Notes: generated by a model not told the origin, from the letters alone. Positions 47,717-57,266 are shown, counted from the first letter of the stretch. The stretch: 64,000 nucleotides of DNA from a virus (IMGVR_UViG_3300045988_114464:32001-96000); one strand, 5' to 3'. Numbers and translations are program-made.

Positions 47717-48436
47717 TTATTTTACCTCTTTCCAAGTTTTTCTTTTTACTATATCTCTAATTGTTGACGGGTCAACATTAAACATTCTACCTAATGCGCC
47801 ACTACTATAATTTTTATCTCGCTTTTTGTAATGCTCTCGGATAAATTTTATATCTTGAATTGTGAATTTGTGAGCATGATGATTTTCACCATACGATATT
47901 TTTTCCAATCCTGTTTCATAAGCGTGTCGAGTATTTTGCGAATAAGTTACCCATTCAAGATTTTCATAATTATTGTTTTTCTTGTTACCGTCTATATGAT
48001 TCACAATCATCTTATCGCCTTTAAGTAAAGGTAAAAAGGGTTGAGGAACAAAATATTGCGCGATAAGCCTATGGATATAAACAGCTTTCCCTTTATGGGG
48101 AAAATGAACATATCCTTGTCGGTCAGTGCTTACATGATATTCGTTACCCATAGTATTAAAAACTCGCCCTGATTTTGTAATAAATATATTATATTCTTTA
48201 ATATAATATAAGTCTGATATTTGAACTTCGCTGTTTGTTAAATTTTCAGCAAAAATTTTCCAACGAATATCAAGCATTTTTGAACGAGCATCTTCTAAAG
48301 TTGGGTAATTCCCGTAATATTTTGTTTTACCGTGAGTGGATATGTTGACAACATATTTTTGTTGGCGAGAATCAAAAGTAACGCCTGCACTTTGATGAAT
48401 TTGATTAAATTGAGTTCTTATCGAACCATCAATCAT
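47717..48436 (-). CDS. HNH homing endonuclease (HNH_3 type, free-standing)
   Basis: VYIHRLIAQYF...VNHIDGNKKNNNYENLEWVTYSQNTRHA, followed by a C-terminal HTH-like region. Confidence 0.8.
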   Translation of the reverse strand: MIDGSIRTQFNQIHQSAGVTFDSRQQKYVVNISTHGKTKYYGNYPTLEDARSKMLDIRWKIFAENLTNSEVQISDLYYIKEYNIFITKSGRVFNTMGNEYHVSTDRQGYVHFPHKGKAVYIHRLIAQYFVPQPFLPLLKGDKMIVNHIDGNKKNNNYENLEWVTYSQNTRHAYETGLEKISYGENHHAHKFTIQDIKFIREHYKKRDKNYSSGALGRMFNVDPSTIRDIVKRKTWKEVK

Positions 48437-48513
48437 TGGGGGATTCCTCCTTATAGGTGTTGTACATAGTTTTCTTTATGAATAGTGCTGTGTTCATCAT
48501 TGTGGCGATTAAC

Positions 48514-48963
48514 TCAAACAGTGCGAACAACAGCAGTACCATCTGCGTTCAAAATGATAGCGGCACAGGTGTCTTTATCAGGGAACTTGTTATTCTGCAA
48601 GCGAACAACAACCTTGGTTACGCTACCAAGTTCAAATTCAGCTTCACTTACTTCGCCGTGTAACATAGCTTTATAGCAATTATGAGGAAGGTGAAGTTCA
48701 GAAACACGCTTAAAATAGTGCCGTGTAGGGATAATAGTGTATTTCTTTCTCAAGGTGTACTGTACGGCATATTCAACTTCATCACACCAGAATACATTTT
48801 TATTAAATGTGCCGTTAAGAGAGTAAAGGAAAGTGCTAAAAAGATAACTTTCAAGAGAACGAGATAAACTACTCCAAGTATACTGGCCATCTCGAATTTG
48901 ATGCTTCGTACCGTTAATTTCAACATACGAGTCGTAAATTTCCACATCAAAAGTAATTTTCAT
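48514..48963 (-). CDS. hypothetical protein
   Basis: A co-oriented ORF. Confidence 0.5.
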   Translation of the reverse strand: MKITFDVEIYDSYVEINGTKHQIRDGQYTWSSLSRSLESYLFSTFLYSLNGTFNKNVFWCDEVEYAVQYTLRKKYTIIPTRHYFKRVSELHLPHNCYKAMLHGEVSEAEFELGSVTKVVVRLQNNKFPDKDTCAAIILNADGTAVVRTV

Positions 48964-48976
48964 TTTAATCTCTCCT

Positions 48977-49028
48977 TAAAAAACAATACTTCTTATTCAT
49001 ATAGATAGTATATCACAAGAAGTATTGT
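48977..49028 (-). terminator. terminator-like hairpin (minus strand)
   Basis: A perfect 12-bp stem (48983-48994 / 49017-49028) with a 22-nt loop, followed on the minus strand by T6. Confidence 0.5.
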
Positions 49029-49042
49029 AAGTCAAGGGTTAT

Positions 49043-49282
49043 TTAGTTGTCAGAATTAAAAAGAGTAACGTTACAGTCAACCATAATAACACGGTCACTT
49101 TCACCATAAGTGTAAGATACACTATCCACACGAGCAGTTTCACAAGTGTTGGGTGAAGTGTAGATATATTCGCCTACACGCGGAGTAGGTGAACCGAGTG
49201 GCATTTCCCACTGTGCGTATACATAGTCGCTATATTGACCTGATTCTGCGTCAAGGTCAAATAGTCTGATTAGTGTGTTCAT
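49043..49282 (-). CDS. hypothetical protein
   Basis: An ORF coupled to nrdG. Confidence 0.45.
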   Translation of the reverse strand: MNTLIRLFDLDAESGQYSDYVYAQWEMPLGSPTPRVGEYIYTSPNTCETARVDSVSYTYGESDRVIMVDCNVTLFNSDN

Positions 49283-49803
49283 TAAGTTCCCTCCATTAGA
49301 ATAGGTTGTTCTTGCCCCAGTGACATATGAGATAAAATAACACGTTGATTAGATGAACCACGCCACTTTAGCGAAGGGTCGCGTAGCGAATCAATGTATT
49401 GTCCATCTACTATTACGTCACATAATGATATTAGGTTTTGGCGGTAGATTCTCATGTCAGATTCATCGTTCCATATATCTTCCCACTTGAAGCCAGTCCA
49501 TAGCCATACTGTTTTACCAAGGCTACGAGCGGTTAAAGCAAGTTGGTTCATAATATGAAAACCTGTGTTGTCTTGACATAGTGGGTCGCCACCTGTGAAT
49601 GTAATACCACTGCACCAAGGTTGACGAAGCGTGTCACAGACGAAATTAAATTGTTCTTCGCCAAATTCGTCACCATTGCGGCTATCCCATGTTTCTGGGT
49701 TAAAACAGTTTTGACAATGATGATTACAACCAGATACCCAAACTACGCAACGTAAACCGCTACCGTTATTCATGTTACAAGAGTCAATTTTAATATAGTT
49801 CAT
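49282..49803 (-). CDS. anaerobic ribonucleotide reductase activating protein (radical SAM)
   Basis: VVWVSGCNHHCQNCFN carries the CxxxCxxC cluster. The gene lies directly downstream of nrdD. Confidence 0.85.
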   Translation of the reverse strand: MNYIKIDSCNMNNGSGLRCVVWVSGCNHHCQNCFNPETWDSRNGDEFGEEQFNFVCDTLRQPWCSGITFTGGDPLCQDNTGFHIMNQLALTARSLGKTVWLWTGFKWEDIWNDESDMRIYRQNLISLCDVIVDGQYIDSLRDPSLKWRGSSNQRVILSHMSLGQEQPILMEGT

Positions 49804-49812
49804 ACTGACACC

Positions 49813-50775
49813 TCACATTGATTTGCGGTCTTTGAACTCTGCGAGTTTGTGGTCTGCATACATGGTTCTGCCTTTGATTTTAGAATATCCTAAATATCCG
49901 TTCATTCTCTCAATACGAGTGATGTTTTTACTGCCACATTTAGGACATTCATCTTTATCAATGAAAGAAGCGCCACAATCTTCACAATAATCAAGCTGTA
50001 GATTTACACCTTCATAGAAGCCCATATCCATTGCTCTACGAATGAGAGTTTTCATTGCTTCAATATTGTAGTCTGTAGTATAACGACAATATTGAATATT
50101 ACCACCATTACATAGATGGAACATTGGATATTCAATATCTTGCTTTTGAATAGGCGAAATATCTTCCCATACACCACAATGAAACGAATTAGAAGTGTAA
50201 GGACGGTCAGATACGCCCTTAATAATGCCGTATTTCTTGCGGAACTGCTCGACCTGCAAACCGCAAAGGGATTCAGCAGGAGTTCCGTAGAGAGCATATA
50301 GAATGTTGTCGATTTTCTTATATTTCTCAGCATAATCATTGATAAACTTCAAAACTTCAATGGCAAAAGTATTATCTTCGGCAATGGTTTTACCGTTATA
50401 CAGTACACTGGTTTCATTGAGTGCAGTAATACCAAAACTCATTGTCATAGGACGAAGGAAATCTTCGCCAATTTCTTCTTCTGGGTCAAAGTGACCATTA
50501 AGAAAACCGCCTTGACAGAAAGCAAGTGGGTTAGTACCAGCTTTCTTGTGAGAAAGATAAGTAAATGTGCGCTTGTGAATAGCGCGGCACATATCAAGAT
50601 AATAAGTTAGTACGTCATAAAAATCCTTGTTTTCTTGCTTTGCTTTAGCAAGAATCATAGGAAAGTGAAGGGAGATTGCTCCGAGGTTACAACGCCCTTC
50701 ATATACAGGCTTGTCTTGGTCATCTGCGGGGTACATACCGCCACGCTCATACCAAGGTGAAAGATTTGCTCGACA
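49813..50775 (-). CDS. anaerobic ribonucleotide reductase NrdD, exon 2
   Basis: It starts CRANLSPW..EGRCNLGAISL and ends with the zinc site CEDCG..CPKCG and the glycyl-radical loop RMNGYLGY. The track's Met is a TTG that belongs to the intron. Confidence 0.85.
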   Translation of the reverse strand, partial: CRANLSPWYERGGMYPADDQDKPVYEGRCNLGAISLHFPMILAKAKQENKDFYDVLTYYLDMCRAIHKRTFTYLSHKKAGTNPLAFCQGGFLNGHFDPEEEIGEDFLRPMTMSFGITALNETSVLYNGKTIAEDNTFAIEVLKFINDYAEKYKKIDNILYALYGTPAESLCGLQVEQFRKKYGIIKGVSDRPYTSNSFHCGVWEDISPIQKQDIEYPMFHLCNGGNIQYCRYTTDYNIEAMKTLIRRAMDMGFYEGVNLQLDYCEDCGASFIDKDECPKCGSKNITRIERMNGYLGYSKIKGRTMYADHKLAEFKDRKSM

Positions 50776-51596
50776 CAAGGGAATTATATCCCTTAGACTA
50801 TATCATAATTGTTTGGTCAATTCTTCGCGCTTCCATAGCAAGAATTGCACTTGCTATGTACTCTACTTGGTTACTTTCTGATACAACCCAAATTACATAT
50901 CAGATACCCTTTCGATAGTCGTTTAACATACATATTCAAATTTGTAATTATCGAAGTAATTAGGACTTAATTCGCCTTTTAGCACTCGCGCAATTTTGTG
51001 CCTATCCATATGTAAACATCTACCAGCTTCACGAATAGAAGTGAAATTTTGCACATTGCCTTCTTTGTCAATAGCGCGAATAGCCGTGTTGTTTTTGTGT
51101 GTTCTATTGCCACTATCCCAACCATGTTGTACATTATAAGCATTAGTACACCATTCAAGATTTTCAAGACGATTGTCTGTTTTATCAGAATTGATATGAT
51201 TAACGTACTTATAATTGTTAGGATTTGGGATGAAACAATGTGCTAAGATAACATGAACTCGTTCATGTACAAAACTGTGGTCAGGTAAACTACGCATTAC
51301 TTGCATATATCCATCACTGCCTTTATGTGGGGTGACTTGATTACCTGTGCGAGAGTTATAAAAGTTAAAATTTTCATCTACCAAAAATCCGTTGTATTCT
51401 TTATATTGCATTTTATCACCTTCTTTCGTATAAAATCATTTGAATATGCTTAGCACAGCGATTATTTCATACTTTTGTATGAACCTTCCCTGTTAGCAGA
51501 GATATTAACAAACCATTTCCTGTTTGAACTTACGTTATCTCCACACCATATATTTATATGTTCACGAAGTTTTACATGGGCTATCGTGTCATTTCA
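50776..51596 (-). mobile_element. group I intron in nrdD
   Basis: P1 pairs exon AUGGGU with intron GCCCAU (51581-51576), giving a U-G wobble at the splice site. It has the R-like element AAACGACTATCG, the S-like element GATATAGTCTAAGG and a terminal G at 50776. Removing it joins ..ISRMG|CRANLS.., the conserved NrdD motif, in frame. Confidence 0.85.
50923..51411 (-). CDS. intron-encoded HNH homing endonuclease
   Basis: VHVILAHCFIPNP..VNHINSDKTDNRLENLEWCTNAYNVQH, with its own RBS (GAAGGTGA). Confidence 0.8.
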   Translation of the reverse strand: MQYKEYNGFLVDENFNFYNSRTGNQVTPHKGSDGYMQVMRSLPDHSFVHERVHVILAHCFIPNPNNYKYVNHINSDKTDNRLENLEWCTNAYNVQHGWDSGNRTHKNNTAIRAIDKEGNVQNFTSIREAGRCLHMDRHKIARVLKGELSPNYFDNYKFEYVC

Positions 51597-52784
51597 ACCC
51601 ATTCGACTAATAGTTACACCATACTTTTTATAAATTTCTGGTGCATAGCCATCACCTGTACACGAGATAAAATCGGGGTACATACATTTGCTACTGCAAT
51701 CAATCGCTTCATCAAACAGCCATTCCAGTTCTTTGCCTTCGCCGTGAAGTTCTTTATCATAAAGGAAACTTAGTTTAGGAAATAGCACAGGATGTTTGAA
51801 ACCTTTCTTACCTTGTCCTTCCTTGCGTACCCTTAGGCAAACAGAAGATAGCATAGATTCCATACGGTTAGTACCCAGTCCAAAAGAAACAGCGGTAAAC
51901 GGATAATCGCCACGACTTGAAGCCACAGAATTAAACTTCATTTCCCATGCTTGGAAACCTTGCTCTGCTTCACGAGTAACTTTATTAAAAGCATAGGTAT
52001 CTGCCGCTTGTTCAAATGCCTGACTGCTTGTATTACCTTGCCAATTATCTACGATTGCGAAATAATCTTGGTAATATTTCTCATAACTCTTTTGAGCATA
52101 AGGAGCAAGTAGCTTATCAATCTCGCTGATTGTATAGCCACCATACTGAGCCGCCGCCATATTCATTGCAACATCAGCTACAAGGTCGAAAGCTACATCA
52201 AGGCTATGCGGTTCTTCATAATCGAGATTACCCATAGTAAAACCACCAGTAAGAATTGACTTCATATCAGCAAGGCAACAGTTTACACTATCAAGTCTTG
52301 AGCCACGGTCGTGAATATAGATATAGCCTTCAGACATTGCTTGTTCTTCTTCGATAGTAAGGAAGAATTTCTTGTAAAGTTCACTGTTTAATTCATTGTA
52401 CACAATAGCCTTTTGTGTGGTTACAAGAGCACTATCGGCATTAGCATTGCTTCTATCTCCGATAAAAGATAGAGACAGCTTCTTGCTATATACCTTATCC
52501 AACATTGAAGCAAAGGCGCTCTTATTGTCACGATATTCACGATAAGATTTTGCTACCGCTGAATTAACCGAATCAAGAGCAACTTCCACCATATTGTGAA
52601 TAGTATTGACAGGAACAGGAGTTTCATTATACTGTAGCTTGCCACGAACGGTTGATACAACCTTATCTTCGTCATTCTTAGATAAAGGCATACATACACG
52701 TTCCGCACTTTTTTGGATAGCTTTGCGAATCTTGTTTCCGTCAAAATTTACGATAGCCCCATTCTTTTTAAGGACTTTAATCAT
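51597..52784 (-). CDS. anaerobic ribonucleotide reductase NrdD, exon 1
   Basis: It has an N-terminal ATP-cone (MIKVLKKNGAIVNFDGNKIRKAI) and class III RNR body motifs, ending ..GVTISRMG. Confidence 0.85.
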
Positions 52785-52821
52785 AAATTATCACACTCCC
52801 TTGTATATAAATTTTTATAAC

Positions 52822-52837
52822 CTACAATATCTTGTAG
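52822..52837. promoter_or_regulatory. NrdR-box-like palindrome upstream of nrdD
   Basis: CTACAATATCTTGTAG resembles the NrdR box consensus acaCwAtATaTwGtgt and lies 38-53 nt upstream of the nrdD start. Only one box was found. Confidence 0.3.
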
Positions 52838-52903
52838 AATACCATAGTAACATAAAAATGTTACTATGGTATGAACAAATTGTAAACAAATTATGAACAA
52901 TTA

Positions 52904-53236
52904 TTACGATGCTCTGCACTTTGCTTCACGTTCGATTTGTGCAATCTTCGGCAACAGAACTTCAAATAGAATATCAAGTTCTTCAGCATAACTGAAATTA
53001 CTACCACGAGCAGGTGGCGCATCTATAATATCACGATAAGTTTGAATCAGCCAATGGTATAATAGTTTATCTCGTTCATAGAAGAATTGCGTATTAAAAT
53101 AGTTATTTACATCTTCAAAAGTATCAAAAGTAATAAGAAAACTTTTTTTCCCAAATTCATCAAAATTGACTTCATCACCAAAATTGACTTCATCAAAGTT
53201 TACAAATCCTCTGGTTGTACAGTCATCAATATACAT
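52904..53236 (-). CDS. hypothetical protein
   Basis: A co-oriented ORF. Confidence 0.5.
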   Translation of the reverse strand: MYIDDCTTRGFVNFDEVNFGDEVNFDEFGKKSFLITFDTFEDVNNYFNTQFFYERDKLLYHWLIQTYRDIIDAPPARGSNFSYAEELDILFEVLLPKIAQIEREAKCRAS

Positions 53237-53424
53237 TATCCTAAATCCTCATCAAAACCAATAGCCATTACTTCTTCAGCCCTGACAAAGACATGATTAC
53301 TGTTGCTTCTTTCGATAATCCAATAATCTTCATCATGTGGCAGTCTAAACTCTACCACATCGAAAAGAAACAATGAACTACCGTTTTTCCTAATAATTTT
53401 CAGTGTTTTCGGTGTGCTTACCAT
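53236..53424 (-). CDS. hypothetical protein
   Basis: A co-oriented, coupled ORF. Confidence 0.45.
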   Translation of the reverse strand: MVSTPKTLKIIRKNGSSLFLFDVVEFRLPHDEDYWIIERSNSNHVFVRAEEVMAIGFDEDLG

Positions 53425-53434
53425 TACCTACACC

Positions 53435-53923
53435 TCACTTCACGCTAATGCTCTTGTTCTCCACCAGCTTAACACCATGTAGCGGAGTACCACTCTGTAC
53501 CATCTTCTTGAGGTCGGTCTTGCTATACTTGTAGGTTTCAATCTTAGTGCATAGGTCTTTGTGGAACTTGAGAAATTCTTCTTCATTGATCTCGGTGCTT
53601 GTAGACTTACGGAAAGAAATCTTGCAACGTGCAGTTTCAAACTTGCTACCTTGCAGGTCATCAGACAGCATAACCTTTAGACGATTGATAAGATTTTCCT
53701 TGACCTTTCTACGCTTTGCAAGGTTGACTTCTTCCTTCTTGATAGCGTCACACTCGGCTTCAACAGACTTAATGTAACAAGCGATGTTTTCAATCTTTTC
53801 GTCATGTGCTACTTGAAGCTGGTCAAGTAGCGACATATCGGTAAGGATTTCGCCAGTTTCTTCGTCAATCTCGATGTTGTTCATAAAGTCAAGAATTTGA
53901 GAGTTAATATCATATAGTGTCAT
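53435..53923 (-). CDS. Siphovirus Gp157-like protein
   Basis: The start MTLYDINSQILDFM follows GGAGGAATCAAA. The acidic N-terminus and coiled-coil layout are typical of the Sipho_Gp157 family. Confidence 0.55.
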   Translation of the reverse strand: MTLYDINSQILDFMNNIEIDEETGEILTDMSLLDQLQVAHDEKIENIACYIKSVEAECDAIKKEEVNLAKRRKVKENLINRLKVMLSDDLQGSKFETARCKISFRKSTSTEINEEEFLKFHKDLCTKIETYKYSKTDLKKMVQSGTPLHGVKLVENKSISVK

Positions 53924-54631
53924 TTTGATTCCTCCATTAAATAGTTGTACCATGTTTCAGCCATTGCTTGCGCGATAGATGGGAAAGTTTTACTACGATT
54001 CTTAGCGCGTTCAGCTTGGTTCTTACCGCCTTGAGCGTCACACCAGTTTACTCTTTGTCCATTGTGGAGATAGTATTTAGCGTCCGGCTTATCAAAATCG
54101 TTACGTCTTTCAAGTAAAGGTAGACCCTTTAACCAAAGACAAGTGCGCTTCATGTCATAGCTTTCGTCATCTTTACTCGTGACAAAGTAATAGGGGTGGA
54201 TAATCTGATTTGGCTTACGATAATGCGTGTTCATATAGCCAACAGGGTTTTCAATAGCAATATGCTTACAGTTGGCATGGACAAAGTTCATAAAGAAATC
54301 ATACGCTTCTTCACGTTGCTTAATGCGTTCAGCAACTTTTTCTGGTGAGTTACATCGTAAGCTATAATGTCTTGTCCCTGCCACAGTAAGGTAAGTACAA
54401 GGTGGATGAGCAATGATTAAATCCCACTGTCCTTCCACCTTATGCACTTTGCCGTCCATTGTGGTAAATTCACAGTTACCGTTAAGTAAACTTAACACAT
54501 CACCTTTAATATGCCATTCAGGGTGTCCACCGCTACACTCTTGAATGTCACAGGAGAAGCAACGCCCCCCCCAACTCACGGAAAGCCTTACAAACAGTTT
54601 GGCTTTCTTCACAAGCAATTAGAATATTCAT
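53920..54631 (-). CDS. C5-cytosine DNA methyltransferase, frameshifted at a G8 tract (phase-OFF as sequenced)
   Basis: The body has IIAHPPCTYLTVAG (motif IV) and IAIENPVG (motif VI). The true N-terminus MNILIACEESQTVCKAFRELGG begins at ATG 54631 after AAGGAGA, but G8 puts it in another frame. G7 would fuse the two parts. Confidence 0.75.
54565..54572. repeat. homopolymer C8 (G8 on the coding strand)
   Basis: Counted directly; located at codons 20-23 of the C5-MTase gene. Confidence 0.95.
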
Positions 54632-54645
54632 GGTTATCTCCTTAG

Positions 54646-54903
54646 TTATACTTCTTCGTATGTTTTTTCAAAAATATCAGGTTTACAAGGGTAAAACTCG
54701 CCGTTTACACCCTTGATGATGTAGTCACCAACAGATGCCAGCATAGTTCCCTCAAGAGTTAAAACAAGGAACATTTTCTTGTTCTCACTCCACACGACAT
54801 TCATTCCGCAAAACTTGTCGATTTCCGTCTGGTTCTTGCCTGTCCACTGAACAGCTTCGATAACTACAGGTTTCTTACGATATTTCATAATCATTTTCTT
54901 CAC
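54646..54903 (-). CDS. PGDYG-domain-like small protein
   Basis: KKPVVIEAVQWTG...SVGDYIIKGVNGEFYPCKPDIFEKTYEEV resembles the family pattern as I recall it. Confidence 0.4.
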   Translation of the reverse strand: MKKMIMKYRKKPVVIEAVQWTGKNQTEIDKFCGMNVVWSENKKMFLVLTLEGTMLASVGDYIIKGVNGEFYPCKPDIFEKTYEEV

Positions 54904-55097
54904 TCTCCGAAAATCATAATATATTTAGTCCCGCTCTCAGGGTCATGTTTGCGTAACCAATCCTTAAATTCCTTTTCAGTAGAACAGCGATATAGCATAT
55001 TCTGCATTTCGTTCAAGTTCTGACGAATGATTTCAAGGTCTTTACGAACGCCGTTGATTGAATTGATAATGTCTTGTTGCACTTCTTTGTCAATCAT
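54900..55097 (-). CDS. hypothetical protein
   Basis: A small coupled ORF. Confidence 0.4.
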   Translation of the reverse strand: MIDKEVQQDIINSINGVRKDLEIIRQNLNEMQNMLYRCSTEKEFKDWLRKHDPESGTKYIMIFGE

Positions 55098-55100
55098 TGC

Positions 55101-55328
55101 TTACTCCTTTCTAATGCCAATGCCAGCTTGCATAAGCAAATCATACAAGTCAAGGTCGCTTGAATCGGTGAGATAATCGCCGTTTTTATCATAAAGATTG
55201 TAATTGGTATAAGGTCGAGCCGTAATGCCTGTTAGATGTTGAAGTTTGGTGAGAAACACGGCATCAACGCCATCATATTCAAGATACTCGTTTAATTCAT
55301 TGAACTGTTTTTGAGAGATTGTTCTCAT
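55101..55328 (-). CDS. hypothetical protein
   Basis: A small coupled ORF. Confidence 0.4.
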   Translation of the reverse strand: MRTISQKQFNELNEYLEYDGVDAVFLTKLQHLTGITARPYTNYNLYDKNGDYLTDSSDLDLYDLLMQAGIGIRKE

Positions 55329-55549
55329 TCTACCTCACACCCCATATTCTTTGCCAGTTGTTCTACAGAAGTTTTAATTGTTGCATTCGTCAATTTCATA
55401 CCGTACTGCGGTAAATTTTCAATAATATCATTGATTTCCGCTTTGTACTCAATACCGTTATCTCTTAACGCTTGTAGTAGTTCATCTTTACGAATTAGAC
55501 CACTAATCTCTATTGTGTAAGAATCACAAGTATTTGTTATTCCTTTCAT
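55325..55549 (-). CDS. hypothetical protein
   Basis: A small coupled ORF. Confidence 0.4.
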   Translation of the reverse strand: MKGITNTCDSYTIEISGLIRKDELLQALRDNGIEYKAEINDIIENLPQYGMKLTNATIKTSVEQLAKNMGCEVE

Positions 55550-55806
55550 TCCAATTCCTCCTGCAAGTCCATATTCACTGTTTCAGTACCGCAAGCATTC
55601 GGCTGTACCTTGTACTCAAAGCCATACTGCTTCTCATACCCTTGCAGTACACCTTCGATAGCTTCATAGCCTGTGTCGAACCTATGAACATCATGGTTTG
55701 CCTTGTCGATTAACTGCTCTGGGTCAATTTCATCTTCACATTCAATAATGTGATAGTGCTTGGTTAGTTCAACGATTAGATACTTAGCCATTGGTTTCAC
55801 CTTCAT
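55546..55806 (-). CDS. hypothetical protein
   Basis: A small coupled ORF. Confidence 0.4.
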   Translation of the reverse strand: MKVKPMAKYLIVELTKHYHIIECEDEIDPEQLIDKANHDVHRFDTGYEAIEGVLQGYEKQYGFEYKVQPNACGTETVNMDLQEELE

Positions 55807-55984
55807 TTGAAGAATTTTGTAAGTCGTTAATAAACGTCATAATCTTATTATAGCACTCGTTACATACGCAACTGTACACCTTGTCAACAAAACCTTCGTG
55901 TTTTTCCGTCATGATGTTCCAACTCATGTACATCGTTCTCGCATTCATTTCCTTGCCACATACATCGCAAAATGTTTTAGTCAT
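55784..55984 (-). CDS. hypothetical zinc-ribbon protein
   Basis: CDVCGK...CVCNEC forms two Cys pairs. Confidence 0.4.
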   Translation of the reverse strand: MTKTFCDVCGKEMNARTMYMSWNIMTEKHEGFVDKVYSCVCNECYNKIMTFINDLQNSSNEGETNG

Positions 55985-56055
55985 TATGATTCTCCTTTCA
56001 CTAATTTTTGCTTGTTGATTGTACTATATCCGTCACGGAATATTTATCAATCATC

Positions 56056-56304
56056 TCAAACTAATAAATCTTTTATTTCTTTGCCATCAATAGACTTAAC
56101 AAAATAAAGCATAATATTAGGCGAAGAAGGACTTCCCAGCAAAATTGAAGTCGTCATATTTGTGTTGGTACAATATACTGTGATAACATCATTTTCGATA
56201 GATTTAACATACCCAGTTGTGTTATCTTTGAATAAAATAAGCATATTAGGTTCAATCCAGCCAAATACTTGTTTTAAGTATGTGCTTGAAAATTTCGTTT
56301 TCAT
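56056..56304 (-). CDS. hypothetical protein
   Basis: A co-oriented ORF. Confidence 0.4.
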   Translation of the reverse strand: MKTKFSSTYLKQVFGWIEPNMLILFKDNTTGYVKSIENDVITVYCTNTNMTTSILLGSPSSPNIMLYFVKSIDGKEIKDLLV

Positions 56305-56360
56305 TGAACGCCAACCGCCTTTCTTAGCTTTTTATAATTGCTTATACACCACAAAATGTT

Positions 56361-57133
56361 TTAATCATTATTATATTTTCCTTTCCACCTAAACAGCTTT
56401 TCTGTTTTCTTAGGCTGATTATTCTTGTTATAGTCAAGCGTTCTTCTCAATTCCTTTTCCCAGACAACTTCAAAATCGTCTGGCGCTTCTTGCTCGGAAA
56501 TAAATACAATACATCTCTTAGAAAGTTCACGCATATATTCCCAAAATTCTTCGTGGTTAAAATCACCAGTTGTATAACCAGTAGTTTTAGCATAAGGCGG
56601 GTCACAATATACAACCGCCCCGTTTGGAATATCAACTTCACGATAATCAAGACAAGTAAAATTGGCATTTTGTACACCTTGCAAGTCACGAAGTAAACTG
56701 CGTTCCGCTCGGGCACAATAATTGTCACCTCGTTTATTACTTGCCAACCCACCAAACCATTTACCACCAAACGAACAACCAAAACCGACAAAACCAGTTA
56801 ATGCCTTATTCTCGTCTTTGTGCTCTTTGATGTAATAATATTCTTCTTTAGTGATAATAGAAGGTGGTGTCCAGCCAGACTGTAAACCTTTCCACATTTC
56901 AATCAAATATGGATGCTTATCATTAAGAATTTTGGTTTCTGCTTTTACTTTCGCTTCAACAGCACAAGAGCCACAGAACAGACTTACGAATGTCTGCCCC
57001 CCCCAAGTTCAAGGTGTGGTTGATAACTTGTGCAATCTGAGTTGAGATACGAGATTTTCCGCCCATGTATTGCATTGTTAATTACCTCCGAAATTTGTTT
57101 AGAAATACGAGATTTACCGCCTAAGTAACGCAT
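56361..57133 (-). CDS. Dam-like (D12 class) N6-adenine DNA methyltransferase, frameshifted at a G8 tract, with a duplicated 5' end
   Basis: The body has FVSLFCGSCAVE (motif I) and VVYCDPPY (motif IV). Two N-termini, MRYLGGKSRISKQI (ATG 57133) and MQYMGGKSRISTQI (ATG 57075), lie in the two other frames. G7/G10 fuse ATG2 to the body and G6/G9 fuse ATG1. Confidence 0.75.
56997..57004. repeat. homopolymer C8 (G8 on the coding strand)
   Basis: Counted directly; located at codons 24-27 from ATG2 of the Dam-like gene. Confidence 0.95.
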
Positions 57134-57164
57134 ATAATCATCCTTTCATGTTGATGATTATATC

Positions 57165-57266
57165 TTATCTCATTTTAGTTGCTTTGTCAATACGTTCTTT
57201 GGCGATTTCAAAATAATTTTCATCAAGTTCCATACCGATGAAATTGCGGTTTGTATTGACAATTAT
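57165..57266 (-). pseudogene. 3' remnant of an N4/N6 (PF01555-like) DNA methyltransferase gene
   Basis: ..NTNRNFIGMELDENYFEIAKERIDKATKMR* is the typical C-terminal motif of this MTase family. The frame opens only 33 codons before the stop. Confidence 0.55.

Noticed and set aside
50776-51596. An intein in NrdD carrying the HNH domain
   Set aside because: The HNH ORF has its own RBS and start, is flanked by stops and is not fused in frame to the NrdD exons. P1, R and S elements of a group I intron are present.
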